Virus record (IMG/VR): IMGVR_UViG_3300013372_001471
Coordinates: 9,103 to 73,102 of that record
Direction: 5' to 3' (one strand)
DNA: 64,000 bases
From: a virus
Position numbers and translations under genes: made by a program
Shown: positions 28,441 through 36,728 of the stretch, one piece after another
Numbering within the stretch: the first letter of the stretch is position 1
Layout of the letters: each line of letters starts with the position of its first letter
The notes under the pieces: generated by a model
What the model was told of the DNA's origin: nothing
Databases searched by the model: none
The model's input: the letters and a program-made list of their open reading frames with translations, nothing else

Positions 28441-28764
28441 TTACATAGAACTGATTACTGCACCATATTCTTTTGCATCAAATTTTTCTTTTACCATATC
28501 CATCAAACCCTTTTCCACTTCTTTTTTATATTGTTCAATAAAATATGGTGTTCCTTCTTCTGCCTTTTCTATTTCTTTAATTGCTTCCAATTTAGTAACA
28601 CATTTCTTCTCACCAACCAATTTAGCAAGTTCAATAAGTGCCTGTGTATCATCTCCCTTTTCTTCAACTGCCTTTTCAATTTTCTTGATAGCAGTTTTTA
28701 CTTTTTGTCCAAGTCCTTCATCGTCTTCTTTCAATAAGAGACTTTTTAATTTCAAAGATTTCAT
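28441..28764 (-). CDS. Hypothetical helical protein with KLKxLLxxE leader (candidate internal head protein)
   Basis: MKSLKLKSLLLKE; GGAG RBS. Confidence 0.65.
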   Translation of the reverse strand: MKSLKLKSLLLKEDDEGLGQKVKTAIKKIEKAVEEKGDDTQALIELAKLVGEKKCVTKLEAIKEIEKAEEGTPYFIEQYKKEVEKGLMDMVKEKFDAKEYGAVISSM

Positions 28765-28779
28765 TACAAACTCCGATGG

Positions 28780-28983
28780 TTATTTACGAGATAATAAAAA
28801 ATAAAGTCCAAAAAATAACAGCGCTACTGAATAGAATATAATATCGGTAACGATGTAACTCCCGGTAAGTTTTGTTACTAAAGCAAAGGCCGCATCGAAT
28901 CCAAGAGGATTGAAAAATGTCCCAAGAACTAAACATACTTTTGCCAACACATCTTTTAATTGTTTTGAGTTTCGTTTTGACAT
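28780..28983 (-). CDS. Small membrane protein
   Basis: Two hydrophobic segments flanking FFNPLGFDA. Confidence 0.65.
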   Translation of the reverse strand: MSKRNSKQLKDVLAKVCLVLGTFFNPLGFDAAFALVTKLTGSYIVTDIIFYSVALLFFGLYFLLSRK

Positions 28984-29031
28984 TATGCCATCCCATGTAG
29001 TTGCCTTTGTGTGAAAAATACTTCTGTAACT

Positions 29032-29039
29032 ATAAATAT
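29032..29039 (-). promoter_or_regulatory. ATATTTAT late-promoter-like motif
   Basis: Intergenic, just after a terminator, 49 nt upstream of the 28983 start. Confidence 0.55.
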
Positions 29040-29048
29040 GGAATAAAT

Positions 29049-29075
29049 AAAAAAGGGTGATGTTTCCATCACCCT
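29049..29075 (-). terminator. Rho-independent terminator after hsp20
   Basis: AGGGTGATG-TTTC-CATCACCCT stem-loop followed by a U-tract on the minus strand. Confidence 0.8.
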
Positions 29076-29092
29076 AAACTTAACATCTAATC

Positions 29093-29488
29093 TTATTTTA
29101 CTTTGATTGTTATTTCTTCTGGTTCCGTTGGTTTTTCATACGGAACTGAAATATGAAGAATACCATTCTCAACACTAGCAGTAATTCCTTTCAAATCATA
29201 TTTGATTTTACCGTTTGGTAATTCAAATCTCAATTCAATTGTTTTTTCACCGAAGATGTTTGTAACCTTTCTGTGACCTTTTACATTAAGGATATTATTT
29301 TTTACCGTAATGTTAATATCCTCTTTTGCACAACCAGGAACTTCCGCATAAATGTTACGAACTCCATCTACGTCTTTAACTAATGTTTGAGTATTAAAAC
29401 GAGGCAAATCAAAATGTGTCTTTGACAACTGATTTACAACGTCATCCCATAAATTGTCTCTACGAAGAATAGAATTTAGCGTTACCAT
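29093..29488 (-). CDS. Hsp20/alpha-crystallin small heat-shock protein
   Basis: AEVPGCAKEDINITVKNNILNVKG...ITASVENGILHISVP. Start reassigned to ATG 29488, which has a GGAGG RBS. Confidence 0.9.
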   Translation of the reverse strand: MVTLNSILRRDNLWDDVVNQLSKTHFDLPRFNTQTLVKDVDGVRNIYAEVPGCAKEDINITVKNNILNVKGHRKVTNIFGEKTIELRFELPNGKIKYDLKGITASVENGILHISVPYEKPTEPEEITIKVK

Positions 29489-29518
29489 AATAACCTCCAA
29501 ATAATTAAAATAAAAAAG

Positions 29519-29704
29519 TTAATTAGATGATTTAGCTGCTTTTGCTTCAGCAACAGATGCTTGATTATACGGTGTAATCAACTTCTTGATTGCACTTGCT
29601 GCTTTACGAGCAATAGCCGCATCTTTCTTTTTTGTTGAATTATGTGCAACTGTAAACTCATTGAATAAGTTTGTTAGTTGGGCATAGATTTCTTGCTTTG
29701 ACAT
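29519..29704 (-). CDS. Histone H1-like (Hc1-family) small basic protein
   Basis: KKKDAAIARKAASAIKKLITPYNQAS matches the K-AA-RARKA-----K----YRKAS pattern; AGGAGG RBS. Confidence 0.7.
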   Translation of the reverse strand: MSKQEIYAQLTNLFNEFTVAHNSTKKKDAAIARKAASAIKKLITPYNQASVAEAKAAKSSN

Positions 29705-29727
29705 AAAAACCTCCTGTGTGATATAAC

Positions 29728-30603
29728 CTACATTATTTCCGGTATGGGTAATTTTGCATCGGTTATACTTTGTATAAAAAACTTGCGAATTGTATCTCGC
29801 ATTCCTGAAACTTTACTTTGTTTATTAAATACAACATCATATAATTTTTCAAATGTTGCTGCATCCGCAGTAGTGTATTTGTCTCCTAAAAAGAATTTTA
29901 TCATTTCTTCCGGTGTTTGTGTAACAAAACTCTCACTACCTGCAATAGTTTTACCCGCTTTAACAATACTTCCACCCTTTCCTGCATAACTTTTTGTCAA
30001 TCTATAAATACCCCTATCATGTCTCATAACATACTTTTCAACTTCAATAGGAACATCTTTATCTGTTTTCTTTAACACTTTGTAATCAACCGCAGTAACA
30101 ACAGCGGCCATTAAAAAGTTTCTATATGCTTGTTTATATTTTGATTCACCCTTTGAATAATCTGGTGACGAATAAACAAATTGTGTCCAATTAACATTGT
30201 TGGATAACATGAAATCAACTTGCACAGGTTCTTCGGTAACTCTGCCGACTATTGGAAACGGAATAGAAACTTGTGAGAACCCACGAAGTGGCTTTGCATC
30301 ATACCCCATCTTTTCTAATTCCTTTATCAACCAATCCAATACATCACTCAATTTCAAACCATTAGCAGATGCCAATTGATCCAATGAAACACCAATGTCC
30401 AAGTCTCCTGATAATTGGTCAGCAGGTTTCTTTCCTGCACTACCGAGTATGAAACAATCTGTTCCAAAACCAATAAGACCGAGTGGTTTCAAAACGGTTG
30501 TCTCAATTTTTGAGACAGTTGCCGGTATCTCATTTTGTTTAATCCCCACGGCATCGGGAAACATATTCCCGCCCTCTGTCAATAATTTCTTTAATTTAAT
30601 CAT
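29728..30603 (-). CDS. Pol-beta-superfamily nucleotidyltransferase with KLKxLLxE leader
   Basis: LGSAGKK...SGDLDI (GS + DxD), third Asp in VQVDFM; N-terminal MIKLKKLLTEGGN. Confidence 0.75.
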   Translation of the reverse strand: MIKLKKLLTEGGNMFPDAVGIKQNEIPATVSKIETTVLKPLGLIGFGTDCFILGSAGKKPADQLSGDLDIGVSLDQLASANGLKLSDVLDWLIKELEKMGYDAKPLRGFSQVSIPFPIVGRVTEEPVQVDFMLSNNVNWTQFVYSSPDYSKGESKYKQAYRNFLMAAVVTAVDYKVLKKTDKDVPIEVEKYVMRHDRGIYRLTKSYAGKGGSIVKAGKTIAGSESFVTQTPEEMIKFFLGDKYTTADAATFEKLYDVVFNKQSKVSGMRDTIRKFFIQSITDAKLPIPEIM

Positions 30604-31262
30604 ATATTATTTTCACTTTTTAATTCAGAATACCATTTTTTACTAATAAGCAATTCAACATCATTTTTATATGATTGACCTATGTGTAAAACTTCACTTT
30701 CGTATCTACTGGAGTAAATAATTTCGATAAATTTTTGATTGAAAAAAAATTCATCCGATTGTTTAGTCATAAGTATACCACCACCCATTCTAGAAGTATT
30801 GGAAAACTTATAGGCAACTTTGAAGTCATCGCTCCAACTTTGAACTAATTTGTGTGGAGTATATTTTATAGGTTTTTTGAAATTATACCATCCAGTTATT
30901 ACCGATTCTGTCCAGTCTTCTGATTTTGTTTTTAATACGGAATCGCGTAAACTATTTGAGGATGCAAACCCACTAAGGCCTCTATACAAATATGTGCCGT
31001 TACTCGTATATGGTTTGAATATCTCTGGAAATTTTTTTGATGCTTTTTTAATTATGTTTCTATTATCATAGATAGATTCGTCTGATTGTAATTCTGCATT
31101 TACCCATAACTTAATTTTTTTCAAAATCTCTTTTTCAAATTCCGTATCTTTCTCTCTATCCTTATTTTGTAATGCGGCAATTTTAGCACTACCACCAAAA
31201 GCAACATTACCGAACTTATCCGATATTTCGTCTTCCATCAATATATTCTTTAATTTAATCAT
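30600..31262 (-). CDS. ADP-ribosyltransferase (R-S-E type) with KLKxILxE leader
   Basis: YLYRGL ... VQSWSDDFKVAYKF ... YESEVL catalytic pattern; N-terminal MIKLKNILME. Confidence 0.7.
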   Translation of the reverse strand: MIKLKNILMEDEISDKFGNVAFGGSAKIAALQNKDREKDTEFEKEILKKIKLWVNAELQSDESIYDNRNIIKKASKKFPEIFKPYTSNGTYLYRGLSGFASSNSLRDSVLKTKSEDWTESVITGWYNFKKPIKYTPHKLVQSWSDDFKVAYKFSNTSRMGGGILMTKQSDEFFFNQKFIEIIYSSRYESEVLHIGQSYKNDVELLISKKWYSELKSENNI

Positions 31263-31327
31263 GTTATATCAAAAATATGTGTTATAGTTCTTTGGATAAT
31301 GTGTTTAATAATAATTATACTTTATTT

Positions 31328-31687
31328 TTATTTTACTTTATCCAAACCAGTAATTTTAGCACTTACCCCATCAATTCTTTCATGCACGAATTTTATTTCA
31401 TCAGCAAGTTCTCTCTTTGATGCATCAATTCTTTCATGTATGAACTGATGTTCTTTTTCAATAACTGAACGAGCACTATCAACTCTTGAATCAATCATTC
31501 GTCTCCAATAATCATCTGTTGATGTAATTCTTCTATCCAAATTATCGAAAACAGTATTAACTACGCCCTCTAAATTATTTAGTTCTTTGTTTAATCTACT
31601 AATTTTGAACATACCCACAACTACAACCGTAACTAACGCCACGACTATAACTGCACATATACCCAGTGTGAATGATAAAATTTCCAT
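31328..31687 (-). CDS. Membrane-anchored coiled-coil protein
   Basis: N-terminal TM helix (ICAVIVVALVTVVVVG), duplicated F[IV]HERID. Start at ATG 31687 with AAGGAG RBS. Confidence 0.7.
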   Translation of the reverse strand: MEILSFTLGICAVIVVALVTVVVVGMFKISRLNKELNNLEGVVNTVFDNLDRRITSTDDYWRRMIDSRVDSARSVIEKEHQFIHERIDASKRELADEIKFVHERIDGVSAKITGLDKVK

Positions 31688-31727
31688 AACTTTTCTCCTT
31701 ATTCCCAAAGAACTATAACACTCTTAC

Positions 31728-33581
31728 TTACTTAATTTCACAGGCGCCACCGGCACAAGCCAATTCACCTGACAAATCTGTATTGTCTTCCAACTCAACA
31801 ACATTACTCAAATCAACATCGTGTAATGTTTCCATCAATCTTTCATATTCTTCTTTTGTAATATCCTGGAAAGGTGCCTGAATATATGAGCCACCATCGT
31901 AGTTTAGAACAGAAAGACCATTAAAGTGTTCTTTGTTTTCCCACATCCAATTACCAACAGCATCCCATTCATGTTCACGGATGGAAACTGTTGCAGATAT
32001 GTTGTGAGTATTCATACCTGTTCTGTGACCAGGTTTAATCCAATTCTGATTGAACCACTTTACTCTTTCCAACAACTGCAAAGGACTTTCACTACGAAGT
32101 ATTGAACCTTCTGGCGCCTTTTGTGGAACACCAATAACAGCCGTATCGTGTGGACGGAAGTATTCATCTTCTACCAATTCAGGATGATTGATTGCAAGAT
32201 AAGAATAAATTGCCTCATTCTTACCAACACGAACACGGCGTAAATAGAAATCATTGTGCCATGCATGAATGCCGGATGAACAACCCAAAGTCAATGATGA
32301 TGTTCCAGCAGGTTTAATAGTTGTTGTTCTTGCAGATTTATTGATACCAATAAGTTCAGCAACTCTTTCATTTTCTTCTCTTGATGCCTTAGCGGCGGCT
32401 TTCAAATCCAACTTCTGAACTTTACCTGATCCTATACCTGTCATACCAACACCAAGAAGTGCATCCTTTTCAGTTGTTCTTTGCCAGATTGGGCGAAGAT
32501 AATGAAAATCCGTGTAACCAGCTTGTAATGTTCCAATGAAAGTGGCAGCACGAACTCTGTCTTCCAAATCTTCTTGGCTTTCAACATCGGAAACATTTAC
32601 CTCACACAAGTTACAGAATTGGAATGGGCGAAGTGCAATCTCACAACAAGGATTTGTTCCCCAATCTTTATCGTTAGAAAGATAAATACCCGGCTCACCT
32701 GCATTTGATAATTCTATTTTCTTCCAAAGTGATTTGAAAAATTCTTCCGTTACCTTACTACGAAGAAGAACTGCCGAATTATTAGCTCTGCCTCTTTGTG
32801 GATTGAGTTCCCACCAATTTCCAAACTTACAGGAAATCATATCATCATCGTCAGCAGAGAAAAGAGAAATAAGAGCAGCACGGCGAATACCACCGGCAAG
32901 AACTGCATCTGCAATATGACAAACAATATCGTGAACTTCAATAGATGATAACTGTTCACCATCTGTTTTAAGGTCAAGGATTGCCCTAATCTTTTCAATA
33001 CAAATGCGTAGTGGCTCTGGACCTGGTGCCTTACCACCACTTGTGATGAGTCTTGCACCTTTGTGACGAATATCCGAATAATCAAAACGAATAGATGAAC
33101 CACCTGTGAAATAAGACTTCATAACGGCTTTAATGGCATCTGCCCAACCTTCTATTGAATCACCAATAAGAAATCTTCTTTCTTTTGATTTAGGTCTATG
33201 TATTGGTGGTAAAGTCTCTACATGATGTTTCTGAACGGAATAACCTACACCGGTTCCACCGAGAAGAAGAAACATCACTTCACCGAAAGCACGCCAGTCA
33301 TCTATTGGCAAATAAGCACAGTTGTAAATTCTGTTTGGAGAAATCTCAATTGGTTTACCACCAAACTGCAAAGAACGCATTGACGGTAAAACTTTTTTAT
33401 CATATACCATTTTATAGACATTTTCAATTTCATCTTTCAGTTGTGGGTATTTTCTTTGGTGCATTTCTTTATTTCTCGTCACCAATTCTTCCCAAGTTTC
33501 CCTACGATTTTTTTCGGGAATGAAACGAGCATACTTCATGTAAACTGTGATCTCAGACAAGATGCGATTACTAATGTCCAT
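31728..33581 (-). CDS. nrdJ: Ribonucleotide reductase class II (adenosylcobalamin-dependent)
   Basis: KYAR...RRETW, YNC, GTGVG, RRAALI, GTNPCCEI, TIKPAGT, C-terminal LACAGGACEI. Confidence 0.93.
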   Translation of the reverse strand: MDISNRILSEITVYMKYARFIPEKNRRETWEELVTRNKEMHQRKYPQLKDEIENVYKMVYDKKVLPSMRSLQFGGKPIEISPNRIYNCAYLPIDDWRAFGEVMFLLLGGTGVGYSVQKHHVETLPPIHRPKSKERRFLIGDSIEGWADAIKAVMKSYFTGGSSIRFDYSDIRHKGARLITSGGKAPGPEPLRICIEKIRAILDLKTDGEQLSSIEVHDIVCHIADAVLAGGIRRAALISLFSADDDDMISCKFGNWWELNPQRGRANNSAVLLRSKVTEEFFKSLWKKIELSNAGEPGIYLSNDKDWGTNPCCEIALRPFQFCNLCEVNVSDVESQEDLEDRVRAATFIGTLQAGYTDFHYLRPIWQRTTEKDALLGVGMTGIGSGKVQKLDLKAAAKASREENERVAELIGINKSARTTTIKPAGTSSLTLGCSSGIHAWHNDFYLRRVRVGKNEAIYSYLAINHPELVEDEYFRPHDTAVIGVPQKAPEGSILRSESPLQLLERVKWFNQNWIKPGHRTGMNTHNISATVSIREHEWDAVGNWMWENKEHFNGLSVLNYDGGSYIQAPFQDITKEEYERLMETLHDVDLSNVVELEDNTDLSGELACAGGACEIK

Positions 33582-33631
33582 TTATTTCTCCATTGATTTT
33601 TTATTGAAAACTTGATTTTGCTACTATAAAA

Positions 33632-33663
33632 CAAAACCATACACAGATAAGTATATGGTTTTG
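33632..33663 (-). promoter_or_regulatory. Hairpin enclosing an ATACTTAT motif variant upstream of nrdJ
   Basis: CAAAACCATA...TATGGTTTTG 10-bp stem; ATAAGTAT (+) at 33647-33654. Confidence 0.45.
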
Positions 33664-33688
33664 GATAAAAAAATTGGGTTTTGTTAAA

Positions 33689-34264
33689 TTATTTTTTAAC
33701 CCAGTTTTCCCCATCCCACCATTCAAAATTTGGCAATTCTGATTTGTATTGGAATTGTTCATACCACTCCGAAACATATAGATATGGATAAGAATGTCCT
33801 ACCAACTTATCTATAAAGTAATAATGAACTCTTGGGGTAACACCAGATTCATCCAGCCTACCACCAAGCAAAACAGGAACATAAGGTATATTATCATACC
33901 AATTGAGTATAGAAAATACAACATCATTGAAATAATAAATTTCATGTTTAACCGATAATGCACTTTCCACTTCATCAATAATTACAGACGGATATAGATG
34001 TTTAACATTTTCTAAAATCTGTTTGTAATCACCTTCTTTTGAAATCTTTACCTTCTTTACTTTTCTTCTTCTGTTACCAGAAATTGGAGCAAGTTTAACA
34101 CGAGCGGATCTACATTGATACCACTCACTGTTTTTTGTTGGCAACCAACCATTCTCAAAAAGATATTGATTGGTTTCGCCGTTTGGAACACAAAACACTT
34201 CACATAAATCAGCAGCAGTTTCTAAATCATACTTACCGTTTACATGGCTAAACCGTGTTCTCAT
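33689..34264 (-). CDS. Arginyl/leucyl-tRNA--protein transferase (ATE1/Bpt)-like protein
   Basis: LFENGW...WYQCRSARV (N-domain-like); YPYLYVSEWY...YKSELPNFEWWDG..W resembles the ATE_C Y-Y-LGYWI...YK..F...E...W pattern. Confidence 0.5.
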   Translation of the reverse strand: MRTRFSHVNGKYDLETAADLCEVFCVPNGETNQYLFENGWLPTKNSEWYQCRSARVKLAPISGNRRRKVKKVKISKEGDYKQILENVKHLYPSVIIDEVESALSVKHEIYYFNDVVFSILNWYDNIPYVPVLLGGRLDESGVTPRVHYYFIDKLVGHSYPYLYVSEWYEQFQYKSELPNFEWWDGENWVKK

Positions 34265-34339
34265 TTCAAACCTCGTTTGTTGATAATCATGTTATCGAAA
34301 CAACAAAACAAGATACGAAACGAAGTTCAGCTATAAGTA

Positions 34340-35692
34340 TTAGAATCCTTCCAATTCTTTGAATTTTTGTGAAAGAGCTTTCTTAACATTTACATCACCT
34401 TTCATTGATGTCTGAACACTTTGTCCCATGTCAGAACTTGGTTCATATATCTCAATGTGACCGGTCATTGTATTTATTTTACTTGGGAATGTCATACCAT
34501 CAGGACCGAAACGATTTTTAATAATATGCCATCTGCCTGTTCCACCAACCTTATCATTTAGTTTTCTTGATAGTGACATGATAAAATCTGCAATCATAAT
34601 TTTATTATATGACTCTGAAACTTTACCGCCCTCAATAACATCATCTTCGAGTGCAGAACGATTTGCCTGTGATGCAGTCCAAATAGGTATTCCATAAGTT
34701 CCACCGATACCACGCAAGTCTTCATAAATATCATTCAGTTCCAATCTCTTATCACCGGCTTTCGATGGTCTTATCAAGTCCGCATAATCAACAATAACCA
34801 AATCAGGTGTCTTACCTTGACTGATACACTTTTCGATATGCGATGTAATCGTTGTGATACTTGCAGTTTTAGTTGGATAATACTTTACAATCAAGTCACC
34901 TTTAATTGTTTCCATAGCATCACGTATTTTTTCTTGTGCATGTTCTTCATTCAAATTTTGAAAAGCAATCTTTGTAAAGAATGCATCAAATCTTCTTGCA
35001 ACATAAAACTGATTAAGTTCAAGTGTATAATAAACAACTCTCTTACCGGCTTTAACTGCTTGAGCGGCGATACTAACCAATCCCCAAGACTTACCGCCAC
35101 CGGCAGGTGCAATAACAACACCTAATTCACCAGCAGCCAATCCACCATTTGTAATATCGTCAATAACATTCCAACCCGTAGATACACAAGTTCTTGCACC
35201 TTCTTCATAACGGGCTGCAATATCCAAAAGATATTCGTGTCCAATATCTTTGTCAGTTCCGGCTTTAAGTGCATTATCAACTTTCTTTTTAATAAGATCA
35301 TACTTACCACTTTTTAGCAAATCAACCGACTCAATAATTGCAACTTTCATCTTTTGATTTTTACAAAATTCAAGTGTAGTTAGTTTGACATATTCGGCAT
35401 CCGAACTATCTTTATACTTTGCACTTTCTTTCAGAGCATCTGCAATAGTGCTCTTCAAAACTTTATCTTCAACGGCAATCAATTCAGACTTGAAAACTTC
35501 AGCAGTTGGTGCAGTTTTATACTTCTCATAATAAGACATTATCTTTTCAACAACCCAACTATTTGCTTGAGACTCAAAATAATTTGGTTCAATAATATCG
35601 GAAACTTGTTGTAAAAATGCTCTATCGTTTAATAATGAAGTGACTACTTTTGTCTGAAAGGTATGACCATACTGGGATAAATTATCCTGCAT
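34340..35692 (-). CDS. Replicative DNA helicase (DnaB/T4 gp41-like)
   Basis: APAGGGKS (Walker A), YYTLEL, IVDYADL, WTASQANR, IKNRFG. Confidence 0.94.
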   Translation of the reverse strand: MQDNLSQYGHTFQTKVVTSLLNDRAFLQQVSDIIEPNYFESQANSWVVEKIMSYYEKYKTAPTAEVFKSELIAVEDKVLKSTIADALKESAKYKDSSDAEYVKLTTLEFCKNQKMKVAIIESVDLLKSGKYDLIKKKVDNALKAGTDKDIGHEYLLDIAARYEEGARTCVSTGWNVIDDITNGGLAAGELGVVIAPAGGGKSWGLVSIAAQAVKAGKRVVYYTLELNQFYVARRFDAFFTKIAFQNLNEEHAQEKIRDAMETIKGDLIVKYYPTKTASITTITSHIEKCISQGKTPDLVIVDYADLIRPSKAGDKRLELNDIYEDLRGIGGTYGIPIWTASQANRSALEDDVIEGGKVSESYNKIMIADFIMSLSRKLNDKVGGTGRWHIIKNRFGPDGMTFPSKINTMTGHIEIYEPSSDMGQSVQTSMKGDVNVKKALSQKFKELEGF

Positions 35693-36728
35693 ATTTGTTC
35701 CTAATGCAATTTATTGTTGTAAAATTCTTCTGAACCCAAACATCCCAATTCAACATAACATTTTGCATCTTATCTTCTACAAATAGTTTATCGAGTTCAA
35801 CCTTATTTAGTGCATCAATTTCACCATCAACAAGATTTCTTATTGTTGATTTAGTGCTCTGTGAAATATCAACATCACTTAACTGCATAATTCTATGATT
35901 GGTTTGCAATACATTTAGGTTGTTCTTTAATTCTTGAATTGCTTTGGATTTATTATCATGTAATTTACAAATTTCTACGAACATTTCCAAATCTATTTTT
36001 CTTTTTTCTGATAATTCTGGAAAGAATTTTAATATAGTCTTGTCACCGAGACCACGAATGCCAACTACATTATCACTTTTATCGCCAAGTAACGATTTGT
36101 ATATGATATAATTTTCACACCATATACCAGTTTCTTCCAAAAGGTTTTCAGGCGTATACATCTTCTTTTTAGTTGGCAAATAAACATTAACCCTATCCGA
36201 AACTAATTGTAGAAAGTCTCGGTCATTGGAAAGGATTACACATTTATCTTTGAAATAAGAAGAAAGGTAGGCAATCACATCATCTGCCTCGATTTTATCA
36301 ATGGAGATTATTGTAAGTGGCAGATTTTGTAGGTATGAAAAAACACGAAACAGTTGATACTTCATTGAGGATTGTTCATCATCAATATCTTCAAACCCAA
36401 CTACACGGTTTAACCGTGACTTGATTGCCCTACCTTCTTTATAGTTTGAATAGATTTCTTTACGGCGTTGTGAACCACCTTTACCATCAAAGACCACAAC
36501 AACCCGCGTGGGATTAACCATACGGATTGTTGCTCCAAGAGACTTCAAGAAACCAGAAAGTCCACCAACATGAACACCATCTTCGTTTAATGTTGGGATG
36601 GCAGAAAATGTGCGTATAAAAAGGTTCATCCCATCTACAATCAAAACCTTACTATCACGATGTAGGTTTTCTTGTTCTTGTCTTTCTGTTTCTATTTCTT
36701 GTAAAAGTCTTTGATATTTGTTGTTCAT
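35682..36728 (-). CDS. 5'-3' exonuclease / RNase H (PolI N-terminal/T4 rnh-like)
   Basis: LIVDGMN, VFDG, YKEGR, EADDVI, SNDRDFLQL, GDKSDNVVGIRGLG. Confidence 0.94.
   Translation of the reverse strand: MNNKYQRLLQEIETERQEQENLHRDSKVLIVDGMNLFIRTFSAIPTLNEDGVHVGGLSGFLKSLGATIRMVNPTRVVVVFDGKGGSQRRKEIYSNYKEGRAIKSRLNRVVGFEDIDDEQSSMKYQLFRVFSYLQNLPLTIISIDKIEADDVIAYLSSYFKDKCVILSNDRDFLQLVSDRVNVYLPTKKKMYTPENLLEETGIWCENYIIYKSLLGDKSDNVVGIRGLGDKTILKFFPELSEKRKIDLEMFVEICKLHDNKSKAIQELKNNLNVLQTNHRIMQLSDVDISQSTKSTIRNLVDGEIDALNKVELDKLFVEDKMQNVMLNWDVWVQKNFTTINCIRNKYAG

Noticed and set aside
28784-28996. Alternative 70-aa ORF overlapping the small membrane protein
   Set aside because: The 28780-28983 frame gives a coherent two-helix membrane protein; the alternative has no recognisable features.
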